Shown here in pieces: positions 8,997 through 18,533 of a stretch of 35,063 nt of DNA (position 1 is the stretch's first letter; every line of letters begins with the position of its first letter). A program made the translations under genes and the position numbers. The notes below the pieces were generated by a model. It was not told the origin of the DNA. It ran no database searches and saw only the letters and a program-made list of their open reading frames with translations. The DNA comes from Elainellaceae cyanobacterium (GTDB lineage: Bacteria > Cyanobacteriota > Cyanobacteriia > CAZCXK01), in NCBI GenBank assembly GCA_051117555.1, contig JBNPEG010000224.1, positions 1-35,063 of the forward strand. The letters are read 5' to 3'.

Positions 8997-11900
8997 ATGA
9001 CATCTTTGGCATCCCCTACGCTTAAATCGGCATCAATAACGGCAACGACAGCATTAGTATTTGTTGATTCTTCGGTTGACGATTATCAATATCTGATCAG
9101 TGGTATTGTGCCTGATGCAGAAGCGATTACTCTCTGCGCCAACCAAGACGGTATCCGGCAAATCACAGATGCTTTAGCTCAATATCGTAGGGTCGACCAG
9201 GTTCATATCATTTCTCACGGTGAACCAGGAGTTGTGCATCTTGGCTCAAGCCAGGTAGATTTGGAGACACTCGATCAGTCTTTGCCCCAACTGTCGGCGT
9301 GGAAAAACTCGCTGGCTGATGATGCAGAGATTCTGCTATATGGATGTCAAATTGCAGCGGGCGATCGCGGCCAACGATTGATTCACCAACTCAGCTACCT
9401 CACCGGAGCGAAGATTGCAGCATCCTCTACCTTGACTGGAAGTGCCGCCTTGGATGGTAACTGGGTGCTCGAAGAAACGGTTGGTTCCGTCAAATCGCCA
9501 TTGGCTTTGAAAAGCTCGACTTTGCAAAGCTATCGTTCCGTGTTGGCTCCGATCACGCCTAACCTGCTGTATGGCATCGACAACTCTACTGCCCCCCCTC
9601 AGATTGTCACGATTGATACTACGACGGCTGCTGTCACTCCAGTGGGGACACTGGCGTTTAACAGTTTTGCAATCACTAGAGACACAGCAACCGGGCGCGT
9701 TTACTACGTAGAAAACGGACAACAGGCTGGGCGACGGATCGCCTACTGGGACCCTGTCACCCAACAAAATGTCGTTGTTAACAACATCGCTGACTTCGGC
9801 GGTGAACAAATCCTAAAACTGGCACAAGCGCAAGATGGCACACTCTACGCATTAGGAAGCGACCAGCGTCTATTCATAATCGACCCCAACACAGGAGCGG
9901 TTACACCCGGTGGCACAATTACAGGCGGAGGTCCGCCCGCATTTGAAGCAAATGATGGCAGTGGTGATGCCACCTTCGATCCCACGAATCCCAATCGACT
10001 CCTCATCACCGTTACGGGCAATGGGTTCTATCGCCTCTATGCAGTGGATGTCACTGACCCAGCCAATCCGGGTGTCCCTCAATTTTTGGGCGACTTAGGC
10101 ATTAGCGGTAATTCTGGGGCCGGGTCATTAGCGTTTGGGCAAGATGGTCGCCTCTTTGCGTCGTCCGCGTCATCCCTCTTCGCAGTCAATTTCAGTCCTG
10201 CGGGTTTGGTGACAGGCACCGCCCTCATTGGGAACATGGAGACGAATATTAGCGACTTTGGTACTCTGCCCAACAACCCATCCGAGATAGACATTTCTGT
10301 CACTAAAACCGATGGATTAACTGCGATCGCCGCAGGACAAGCCATCACATATTCCATTACAGTTAGCAACCCGTCTAATCTAGAGGCTCAAGAACTTCAG
10401 GTTTTAGACACCATTCCCACGGAAATTGAGGGAGTAACCTGGGTAGCTACAATCAACGGCGCCGGAAGTTTCCCGGCCCCCGCCGATCAGCAAGGCAATG
10501 GTGATATCAATGCCAGAGTCAACTTAGGCGCAGGTTCCTCAGTCACATACACGGTTACAGGTGTTGTGGCAGCAGGCACTCCAGACAATACCCAACTCGT
10601 CAATACGGTTCTGGTTCAGCAGAGTCAGTTTGCAGCGGTCAGCCAGATTTTCATTGATGCAAATTTGGATAACAATACCGCTACCGACCTGACGACCGTC
10701 ACCGCCACGGTTCCTCCGACTAATCTTCCTCCTGTTGCCGTTGACGATGTTCGAGCATCGATTCCAGGGGTTGCGGTCGATATTCAAGTTCTCACAAATG
10801 ACAGCGATCCAAACGGCGATATCCTTTCAATTGTTGGATTTACCCAGCCGACAAACGGCGTTGTGACGTTCAACGACAACAACACGCCTGCTAATCCAGC
10901 AGACGATTCTTTAATCTATACGCCTAATCCTGGCGTTGAAGATATCACCGATACGTTTGAATACACCATTACAGATGGATTGGGCGAATTTGATACCGCA
11001 ACAGTCACTGTACAAATCCCGCCATTTGTAGCTCCCGGCACCGTTGATGCGATTAATGATCAAACGTCTACGCCTCTATCGACGCCCGTCAATGTTTCCA
11101 TATTGACAAACGATTTAGTATCTGCTGATGAGCGTCCCTTCAGCATTACCGGCACGACAACTCCTCAAAATGGCAGCATATCAATCAGCGACAACAATAC
11201 TCCAGTTGATACAACAGACGATTTCATCATCTACACGCCCAATGCTAATTTCACCGGGACAGACACGTTTACATACACAATTAGCGGCGCATCAGGAGCA
11301 TCTGACACGGCTGTCGTCACCATTACCGTGTCTGACGACGACGATGTCGATTGCGCTGACGGAATTACGCTGGTGGGTGGACGCGGCTCTGATAGCTTAG
11401 ATGGCACGATCGGAAGCGATACCTTGAGTGGTCGGGGTGGAGATGACACCCTCCGAGGTCTAGAGTGTGACGACGATTTATTCGGTCAACGCGGCGAAGA
11501 TATACTCTTGGGCGGTCCTGACGAAGATATGCTCCGGGGCAATCAAAACGATGATGTTTTGAGGGGCGGACCTGGAGATGATGTGCTCGGAGGCGGTCTT
11601 GGCAGCGATCGCATGTTTGGAGGAGCCGGCAATGATTCACTACGAGGTGGGCGTAGCACGGACGAACTCAACGGTCGCCAGGGAGATGATAATCTCCGAG
11701 GCAATCTTGGTGACGACGTCATTCGAGGTCAGAGTGGAAATGACTCCCTAGATGGGGGGGCTGGAAATGACCGCATGAATGGTGGAGCGGTTGCAGATAG
11801 AGTTATAGGAAAGCGAGGCGATGATACCATCCGAGGCGGTCGAGGTGCAGATTTCTTGAATGGTGGACTCGGCAACGATTTGATTCGAGGAAATCAAGGC

Positions 11901-12719
11901 CCCGATCAGATTTTCGGGCGGGGTGGCAATGACATTATTCGTGCTGCCGGCGGCAATGACTTTATTGATGCAGGAGCGGGCGACGATCGCATCAGAGGGG
12001 GTGCCAACTCAGATCTCATTCAAGCGCGTCAAGGGAATGATCAGGTGCGTGCCGGAGTTGGCAATGATTTCATTAACGGCGGGCTTGGGGATGACGACTT
12101 GGCAGGCGATGAAGGAGCCGACGTCATTTTTGCTCGGCGCGGAAATGACATATTGCGAGGCCGCATCGGAAACGATTATTTAGATGCCGGTGAGGGTAAT
12201 GACGTTGTCAATGCGGGATTAGGCGATGATTGGCTTGAAGGACGACTCGGCGACGACATCCTTCGTGCAGGCGCGGGAAATGACCTAGTAAATGGTGGCC
12301 TTGGTGACGACTATGTCGGCGGTGGTGATGGGAATGACTATCTTTTTGGTCGGCGAGGCAATGATCGCATCAATGGTGGTGCTGGCGATGATGTAATCAT
12401 CGGTGGATTTGGGCAAGACCAACTCACTGGCGGTGCAGGGCGCGATCGCTTTGTATACGAGTCTGCAAACGACGGAAGAGACACTATCACAGATTTTCAA
12501 GTAGGTAGTGACCTCATCGACCTCAGACTCATCTTCGACGGATCTCAATTCACAAATCCTAATCCATTCAGACGATACGTTCGCATTAATCAATCTGGCT
12601 CGAATGCAGTAGTCCGGATTGACCCCAACGGCAATGTGGGCGGTCGTAATTTTGTCGACCTCATCACTCTTGAAAATGTCGCCGCTAATAGTCTGAATGC
12701 TCAAAGCTTTTTGCTCTAA
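8997..12719 (+). CDS. Large type I-secreted surface protein: DUF4347, beta-propeller-like region, DUF11-like repeat, two Ig-like (Big_9/tandem-95) domains, 40 RTX Ca-binding nonamers, T1SS C-terminal target domain
   Basis: LVFVDSSVDDY...HIISHGEPG...LLYGCQIA...GNWVLE (DUF4347); ISVTKTD...ITYSITVSN (DUF11-like); PVAVDD...VLTNDSDPNGD and YTPNANFTGTDTFTYTI (Ig-like); GGxGxDxL repeats; DTITDF..GSDLIDL...IDPNG...LITLENV C-terminus; no signal peptide. Confidence 0.93.
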   Translation: MTSLASPTLKSASITATTALVFVDSSVDDYQYLISGIVPDAEAITLCANQDGIRQITDALAQYRRVDQVHIISHGEPGVVHLGSSQVDLETLDQSLPQLSAWKNSLADDAEILLYGCQIAAGDRGQRLIHQLSYLTGAKIAASSTLTGSAALDGNWVLEETVGSVKSPLALKSSTLQSYRSVLAPITPNLLYGIDNSTAPPQIVTIDTTTAAVTPVGTLAFNSFAITRDTATGRVYYVENGQQAGRRIAYWDPVTQQNVVVNNIADFGGEQILKLAQAQDGTLYALGSDQRLFIIDPNTGAVTPGGTITGGGPPAFEANDGSGDATFDPTNPNRLLITVTGNGFYRLYAVDVTDPANPGVPQFLGDLGISGNSGAGSLAFGQDGRLFASSASSLFAVNFSPAGLVTGTALIGNMETNISDFGTLPNNPSEIDISVTKTDGLTAIAAGQAITYSITVSNPSNLEAQELQVLDTIPTEIEGVTWVATINGAGSFPAPADQQGNGDINARVNLGAGSSVTYTVTGVVAAGTPDNTQLVNTVLVQQSQFAAVSQIFIDANLDNNTATDLTTVTATVPPTNLPPVAVDDVRASIPGVAVDIQVLTNDSDPNGDILSIVGFTQPTNGVVTFNDNNTPANPADDSLIYTPNPGVEDITDTFEYTITDGLGEFDTATVTVQIPPFVAPGTVDAINDQTSTPLSTPVNVSILTNDLVSADERPFSITGTTTPQNGSISISDNNTPVDTTDDFIIYTPNANFTGTDTFTYTISGASGASDTAVVTITVSDDDDVDCADGITLVGGRGSDSLDGTIGSDTLSGRGGDDTLRGLECDDDLFGQRGEDILLGGPDEDMLRGNQNDDVLRGGPGDDVLGGGLGSDRMFGGAGNDSLRGGRSTDELNGRQGDDNLRGNLGDDVIRGQSGNDSLDGGAGNDRMNGGAVADRVIGKRGDDTIRGGRGADFLNGGLGNDLIRGNQGPDQIFGRGGNDIIRAAGGNDFIDAGAGDDRIRGGANSDLIQARQGNDQVRAGVGNDFINGGLGDDDLAGDEGADVIFARRGNDILRGRIGNDYLDAGEGNDVVNAGLGDDWLEGRLGDDILRAGAGNDLVNGGLGDDYVGGGDGNDYLFGRRGNDRINGGAGDDVIIGGFGQDQLTGGAGRDRFVYESANDGRDTITDFQVGSDLIDLRLIFDGSQFTNPNPFRRYVRINQSGSNAVVRIDPNGNVGGRNFVDLITLENVAANSLNAQSFLL

Positions 12720-12763
12720 CTCCTGAGGAGTGGTTTGTAGCAATCTGCGCGCTCAGGATACAC

Positions 12764-12873
12764 CTAGTACAAGATGGCGGAAGGTTCATACCCGTAGTGT
12801 GAGCGAGACGCTCACACTACGGGTATCTTGCCCGCGCTTAAATGGTTGGCTTATTTTTGCCAAACAGTACTAG
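12764..12873. mobile_element. MITE-like element (~110 bp) with CTAG ends, imperfect terminal inverted repeats and a central REP-like palindrome
   Basis: Left end CTAGTACAAGATGGCGGAA; right end reverse-complemented CTAGTACTGTTTGGCAAAA; internal perfect 18-bp IR ATACCCGTAGTGTGAGCG-AGA-CGCTCACACTACGGGTAT (12788-12826). Confidence 0.6.
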
Positions 12874-13074
12874 TGGCGGGGAACAGGCTAGCTCCCCGCT
12901 ATTAGGCTTAACTCAAGCGCTATCACGATTATTGCCTCACGCTCTCGCGTTGGGCAGTTGAACGTGTATAGAACCCGCGCGGCACGAGGGTTCTAACGAT
13001 AAATCTAAGCTTATAGGGTATAAGACCTAGTTGGCTATTAAAAAGTCCTTACACAGAATAGTAGCCTTGCACTA

Positions 13075-13353
13075 TTAACGCTCATGAGAATCAGTCACTG
13101 ATGGGGGGTCACCGTAAACCGATTGTTCACGGAGAGATTGCCAACCCGCCATCCAAAGCGTTTGATCCTTTAAGAGTTTAGCATTCAGCCAAAACCGAAC
13201 GCTTGGGTCACAAGCAGCCACCATTTCGGCAAACACCCACGCCCCCTGATTCTTTCGATTGACCACATGAAAATGTTTCCACCCCCATGTGCTCTGTTGG
13301 GCTGTCCACTTAGAGCCCACAAGATATGGAAATTTCACTTTTTTCTTAGGCAT
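13075..13353 (-). CDS. Trp-rich conserved hypothetical protein (TIGR02450/DUF2389-like)
   Basis: LVGSKWTAQQ..WGWKHFHVV...LKDQTLWMAGW pattern. Confidence 0.85.
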   Translation of the reverse strand: MPKKKVKFPYLVGSKWTAQQSTWGWKHFHVVNRKNQGAWVFAEMVAACDPSVRFWLNAKLLKDQTLWMAGWQSLREQSVYGDPPSVTDSHER

Positions 13354-13464
13354 CGAGATTCATATGTAATGATGACATCCTCGACTCGCTTGAGAAACTG
13401 ATTAACGATGGGGGTTTGGCTCAGGAGTCAAGCAAAACCAAATCTATGCATTCACAATAGCAAT

Positions 13465-13495
13465 TAGCAATAGATTCTGTTTAAATCTATTGCTA
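13465..13495. repeat. Perfect 12-bp inverted repeat
   Basis: TAGCAATAGATT-CTGTTTA-AATCTATTGCTA. Confidence 0.85.
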
Positions 13496-14437
13496 GATAC
13501 CTTTTTCCAACAATTTCACACAATTGTGCGCCATTCCATTTCGAAATAGACACCAGTTTGCATGCCTCATCCTTGAATCAGATCTCGACCCAGAAAAGTT
13601 TGTATTAAGTCTTAATAAGATTTAGCATCAGGTCATCCCTGTCTGAAGAGTCATTACTTCTAATAGGCTAATAGGTCAGCATTATAGATATCCGCTTTGA
13701 TGAATGTCTTAATCTAAATGCAATCTGATTTTTAGAATTCAGCGAAATGGCTGTATCCCAATAAATAAAACGTTGCAAAAATGGCATCAGAGTCCAGATC
13801 TCGCTATATTTGCATCATCACACCTTTCTCTAAAGCGAACAGCGTTAAGGTTCTAGCGAATTGTTTAGCGTTTGAGACTTGGAGTTTGTAGATGTCGTAA
13901 ATGCAGTGATAGCGAGTAATCCAGACTCAGAGATTTGCCTTAGCCATTCCATTCTGCAAATTTAAACCCAGTTAGCTATGATAAGAACCTAGTTTTTGAG
14001 ACGTACTTTTTCCAAAACGCACAGCTTTTCTGTAAGGTATCGACAAGGGTCTTTTAATCTCAGTAGATCGTAATAAGTTGAACTAAAACGTGTCTCCCCT
14101 TTGGAGAAAGTTACTGACCTTAAGAAAGTACCAATCGATATGTTTGAGGAATTTAGAAAAAGCGTGCAACTTTTGTGAGAAAAGCTACAATCGGAGAGAC
14201 AACTCCAAAGTTCATACACCTAGGAACTTTTGTTAATGTTAGGGTGCTTCTATCCAATGCAATGTTGTACTTCGGGGAAGCCATTCGCCTGTTCGCCAGC
14301 GGCAGGCTAGCTACACTAGGTTTATTGATAACTTGGTCAGCTTATAAACAGTTGGATGCTAAAGGCTGAATCGTGCTATTCTCTGATTTTCATCGGCTTT
14401 TGGTAGTTTGATTTTAAAGGAGCATGAGGAACGCGGC

Positions 14438-15556
14438 ATGACCCAGGCTAACGATGTACTTGAAACCATTGATCGACCTGAGAGCGAACTGGAGCTTTTA
14501 ATTGAAGATGATGACCGTGGGGACGGCTTCGATGCCCAGAACGGCGAAGAAGAGGAGAAAGCTGCGAAAGGTCGTGCTTCTCGACGTCGAACTCAAACAA
14601 AAAAGAAGCACTATACAGAAGACTCTATTCGTCTCTATCTTCAGGAAATCGGTCGAATTCGGCTCTTGCGGGCTGATGAAGAAATTGAACTAGCTCGTAA
14701 AATCGCAGATTTGCTAGAGCTCGAGCGAGTGCGAGAGCAACTTGCTGACGAATTAGAGCGTGAACCCGCGGACTACGAATGGGCTGACCGAGTTGATATG
14801 CCTCTACCGGCATTCCGCCATCGTCTACATGTGGGTCGTCGTGCCAAAGATAAGATGGTTCAGTCTAATCTCAGATTAGTCGTTTCCATCGCCAAAAAAT
14901 ATATGAATCGGGGGCTTTCATTCCAAGATTTGATTCAGGAAGGAAGTTTGGGTTTGATTCGGGCTGCTGAGAAATTTGACCACGAAAAAGGGTATAAATT
15001 CTCAACTTATGCAACTTGGTGGATTCGCCAAGCGATTACCCGTGCCATTGCCGATCAGTCTCGCACGATTCGCCTGCCCGTTCACCTCTATGAAACAATA
15101 TCGCGGATTAAAAAGACGACTAAGCTTCTCTCTCAGGAAATGGGGCGCAAGCCAACTGAAGAAGAGATTGCGACTCGTATGGAAATGACGATTGAGAAAC
15201 TTCGATTTATTGCAAAATCAGCGCAATTACCGATTTCATTAGAAACTCCGATTGGTAAGGAAGAAGATTCTCGTCTTGGTGACTTTATTGAATCTGATGG
15301 TGAAACGCCGGAAGATCAAGTTTCTAAAAACTTGTTGCGGGAAGATTTGGAAAGCGTTCTTGATACGCTCAGCCCTCGTGAGCGTGATGTATTGAGGCTA
15401 CGTTACGGTCTTGATGATGGTCGTATGAAAACGCTTGAAGAAATTGGCCAAATTTTCAATGTGACTCGTGAACGTATTCGCCAAATCGAGGCAAAGGCGC
15501 TCCGCAAGTTGCGTCATCCCAACCGCAATAGCGTTTTAAAGGAATATATCCGTTGA
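14438..15556 (+). CDS. sigA: Principal RNA polymerase sigma factor SigA (RpoD)
   Basis: [93 protein letters not shown]. Start taken at MTQAN (GAGG upstream) rather than the TTG at 14408. Confidence 0.98.
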   Translation: MTQANDVLETIDRPESELELLIEDDDRGDGFDAQNGEEEEKAAKGRASRRRTQTKKKHYTEDSIRLYLQEIGRIRLLRADEEIELARKIADLLELERVREQLADELEREPADYEWADRVDMPLPAFRHRLHVGRRAKDKMVQSNLRLVVSIAKKYMNRGLSFQDLIQEGSLGLIRAAEKFDHEKGYKFSTYATWWIRQAITRAIADQSRTIRLPVHLYETISRIKKTTKLLSQEMGRKPTEEEIATRMEMTIEKLRFIAKSAQLPISLETPIGKEEDSRLGDFIESDGETPEDQVSKNLLREDLESVLDTLSPRERDVLRLRYGLDDGRMKTLEEIGQIFNVTRERIRQIEAKALRKLRHPNRNSVLKEYIR

Positions 15557-15619
15557 GCTTTTGAGACATATTTCAAACTTAATTGATGCGCTATCTTAGG
15601 CTTTGATAGTGAACGAGGA

Positions 15620-15646
15620 GGGTATATTTCGATATGCCCCTTTTTT
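15620..15646 (+). terminator. Intrinsic terminator of sigA
   Basis: GGGTATAT-TTCG-ATATGCCC followed by CTTTTTT. Confidence 0.75.
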
Positions 15647-15692
15647 ATTGCTCGTCTTCACACTGTGTGGGGCAGACCTTGGAAGCTTACGC

Positions 15693-17051
15693 CTAAATGC
15701 TAAATGAGTTTGACGTATTCGCGATCGCCTCGCGAGTCGTTGGATCAAACAAATGAACATGGTCGGTCGCGATCGCAAGCCAAAGCTGTTCTCCAATATG
15801 TGGAATCTGATCAGGGGCAATCCGGGCCTGTAGCACCCCGTGATCTGATTCAGCATCAGCAAACTCACAAGCGAGATGAATTTCACTGCCTAATATTTCA
15901 GTTCGCTTAACAACGACGGGCAGATTTTTGGGGGCTGGAACACTGACACTCAAATGTTCTGGGCGAATGCCCAAAATCAACACTTGCTCATCATATCGAC
16001 GAAGTTGAGATTCCCACCTTTCTGGCAACGTCAGCCGAAACTGAGAATGGATAATAAGTAGGGGAGCCCTAACCACAACTTGAAGAAAATTCATTGGCAG
16101 GGTGCCAATAAATTCAGCGACAAATTGATTGATCGGACGGTGATAGAGTTCTAGCGGCGTAGCAATTTGCTGAATTTGTCCAGCATTCATGACAGCAATG
16201 CGATCGCCCATTGTCATCGCTTCAGTCTGATCATGGGTGACGTAAATAGTCGTAGTTCCAAGCTTATGCTGAAGATTAACGATCTGGGCGCGGGTTTCGA
16301 GACGTAACTTAGCATCTAGATTCGAGAGGGGCTCATCCATCAAAAACACTTGTGGATTGCGTGCCATTGCTCGTCCAAGCGCAACCCGCTGCTTTTGCCC
16401 CCCCGACAATTGTTTGGGCAACCGATCAAGAAGTGATTCGACCTGCAACATCTGGGCAACGGTTCGGACTCGTTCATCAATAGCTCGTTCCCGCGTCGAC
16501 CAGTAACGCATGGCATGAGGTAACGGCTGAGTCAGTTTGACAAGCAGAGCTTCGCCCCACGTGGAGAGAGTAGACAACACGGTTGCGATATAGGTTGCGT
16601 CTGCTGGCAGTTGCTTTGAATCATCATCGTGGCGAGTTCGTCTGAGTCCAAAGGCGAGGTTGTCATAAACCGTCATGTGAGGATATAGTGCATAATTCTG
16701 AAACACCATAGCGATGTCTCGTTCTTTGGGGGGTAAGGGGTTAACCAAGCGATCGCCAACTCGAATAGTTCCGCCTGTGATTGGCTCTAGACCTGCGATC
16801 AGGCGAAGTAGAGTGCTCTTTCCGCATCCCGAAGGGCCGACTAGCACCATAAACTCGGCGTCTTTGATGTGGAGGTTGATATTGCGCAGCACGCTAACGG
16901 CAGCCATAGAGGCATCCGCGTTGGCTGGGGCAGACGTCGAGGGATCCTGGTTTGCTGAGGTAATCAGAGAACCGGACTGAGCAAGCCGTTGGCCTTGCCC
17001 TCGACGACGGGGAAAACTCTTATAAATGTTCTCTAGAATGACCTGAGCCAC
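15693..17051 (-). CDS. Carbohydrate ABC transporter ATP-binding subunit (MalK/UgpC/GgtA-like)
   Basis: GPSGCGKST, MVFQNYALYPHM, LSGGQKQRVALGRA, DEPLSNLDAKLR, YVTHDQ, C-terminal TOBE region (GIRPEH); GTG start. Confidence 0.95.
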   Translation of the reverse strand: MAQVILENIYKSFPRRRGQGQRLAQSGSLITSANQDPSTSAPANADASMAAVSVLRNINLHIKDAEFMVLVGPSGCGKSTLLRLIAGLEPITGGTIRVGDRLVNPLPPKERDIAMVFQNYALYPHMTVYDNLAFGLRRTRHDDDSKQLPADATYIATVLSTLSTWGEALLVKLTQPLPHAMRYWSTRERAIDERVRTVAQMLQVESLLDRLPKQLSGGQKQRVALGRAMARNPQVFLMDEPLSNLDAKLRLETRAQIVNLQHKLGTTTIYVTHDQTEAMTMGDRIAVMNAGQIQQIATPLELYHRPINQFVAEFIGTLPMNFLQVVVRAPLLIIHSQFRLTLPERWESQLRRYDEQVLILGIRPEHLSVSVPAPKNLPVVVKRTEILGSEIHLACEFADAESDHGVLQARIAPDQIPHIGEQLWLAIATDHVHLFDPTTREAIANTSNSFSI

Positions 17052-17172
17052 GATCTATTACCTATACTGCTTCAGCATATTTTCCCCTATCGTTTGAGTT
17101 TTAGGGCGATCGCCTGTCAGATTCGGGTGAGACACGACTGTCATGTCAGAATCATTCAGGATCACGACGCCC

Positions 17173-18189
17173 TTATCTCCGTCGTTTAGAGCCTAGCTCA
17201 CGCTTGACGACAATTGACCATTTATCAACCATCGTTATCATAGCGGGCATTTCAGGAGACACTTTTTCGGTCAACTGCAGCTCGCTAACCACTGCATCAA
17301 ACGTGCGTCCTTTAGTCATGCGATAGGCAATCTCCTCAACCTCAGCCCACGTCAAATCGCTCTTAATATATGCCTTCGCCATCGTATTAAGGAGATGTTC
17401 GTAGTCATTCCCTTCGCTCTCGGTCATCATGGTGTGAGGAATATCTAAAACCCGATCAAAGCGGTGATACCAGCATTTGGGTTGGTGTTTCAGAGCAGAC
17501 TCGAATAAGTTGTAGTGATCATCATTGCCAACAGCGCGATCGCTCTCACTCGAAATGACAAACATCGGAGCAACGGGAGGTTTTTTAACTCGTTTAAGCG
17601 TGTACTGTCCAACGATCAGCAACGCCCGTAGTGCTGCCAACGGAAACCCCTGATAGGAAGGCCCTTTAACATCTGTCCATTCAAAATATCCGCCGAGATT
17701 ACGGACGAATAAATCAACCACTCGGCTACTGCTGCTAAGAAACGGCGCAAATAAAATAGTTCGATCAACCTGATCAGCCTTTTCTAATGACAACCATGCA
17801 GCAAGAGTTCCCCCGCCTGACAAACCGCCAACGACAACGCGATCGCCCAACCGCTGAGCCACGCTCAACCATTGCACTGCAAACTTCAGATAGTCTTGGG
17901 GCTCGGTAATGAGCGGAGGTGGATTATTTTTTCCCCAGTTTCCCGCTTGACCATGACCCGGCATCAAAGGAATTAAGACATTGTAGCCATCATTGAACAG
18001 GCTTTTGCCCAGCGGCATGAACTGATAGGGGCCTGCGGTGAACCCATGGAAAAACAAAAAAACTTTGGGCGTTGGTTGAGGATGAAGAAGAAACTGGGAA
18101 CGACACGCCTCACTAAGAAGCGGTAACGCGTCTTCACGTATTTTGAACTCGTGAGCAAGCGTAGTTGCAATTGACGGATAGTTCAGCAT
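17173..18189 (-). CDS. Alpha/beta hydrolase (esterase/lipase-like)
   Basis: FFHGFTA, MPGHG, GLSGG nucleophile elbow, SESDRAV (Asp), IPHTM (His). Confidence 0.88.
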   Translation of the reverse strand: MLNYPSIATTLAHEFKIREDALPLLSEACRSQFLLHPQPTPKVFLFFHGFTAGPYQFMPLGKSLFNDGYNVLIPLMPGHGQAGNWGKNNPPPLITEPQDYLKFAVQWLSVAQRLGDRVVVGGLSGGGTLAAWLSLEKADQVDRTILFAPFLSSSSRVVDLFVRNLGGYFEWTDVKGPSYQGFPLAALRALLIVGQYTLKRVKKPPVAPMFVISSESDRAVGNDDHYNLFESALKHQPKCWYHRFDRVLDIPHTMMTESEGNDYEHLLNTMAKAYIKSDLTWAEVEEIAYRMTKGRTFDAVVSELQLTEKVSPEMPAMITMVDKWSIVVKRELGSKRRR

Positions 18190-18533
18190 GGCAAATACCT
18201 AAACCAGTTGAATGCTGAGATTGGACACACACGATTCAAACTGCCTTTCTTCGAAATTCCCCCTTTTCCTCAAGATAACCATGAGATAAATCTGTCTAGA
18301 GCGTAGCGTTTGAGGATTCATTCATACACCTAAACAGAATTAGACAGACTCCATAATATCCTTTGAAAAGGATTTTTTCTGGAGTGACGTTTCTGTTATA
18401 GATGGTGTGTGACTCATTTTCCACTCACATTCCATCGGGATACACAGTGTAGAGCATCTTTTCTACGATGAGAATCTTGGCTATTGAGAATCTACGGCGC
18501 ATGCTAGATGACGTTTTGCTTCTAAAGTTGGCT

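Noticed and set aside
13989..14369. Short ORFs upstream of sigA
   Set aside because: No RBS or motifs; AT-rich promoter-like composition
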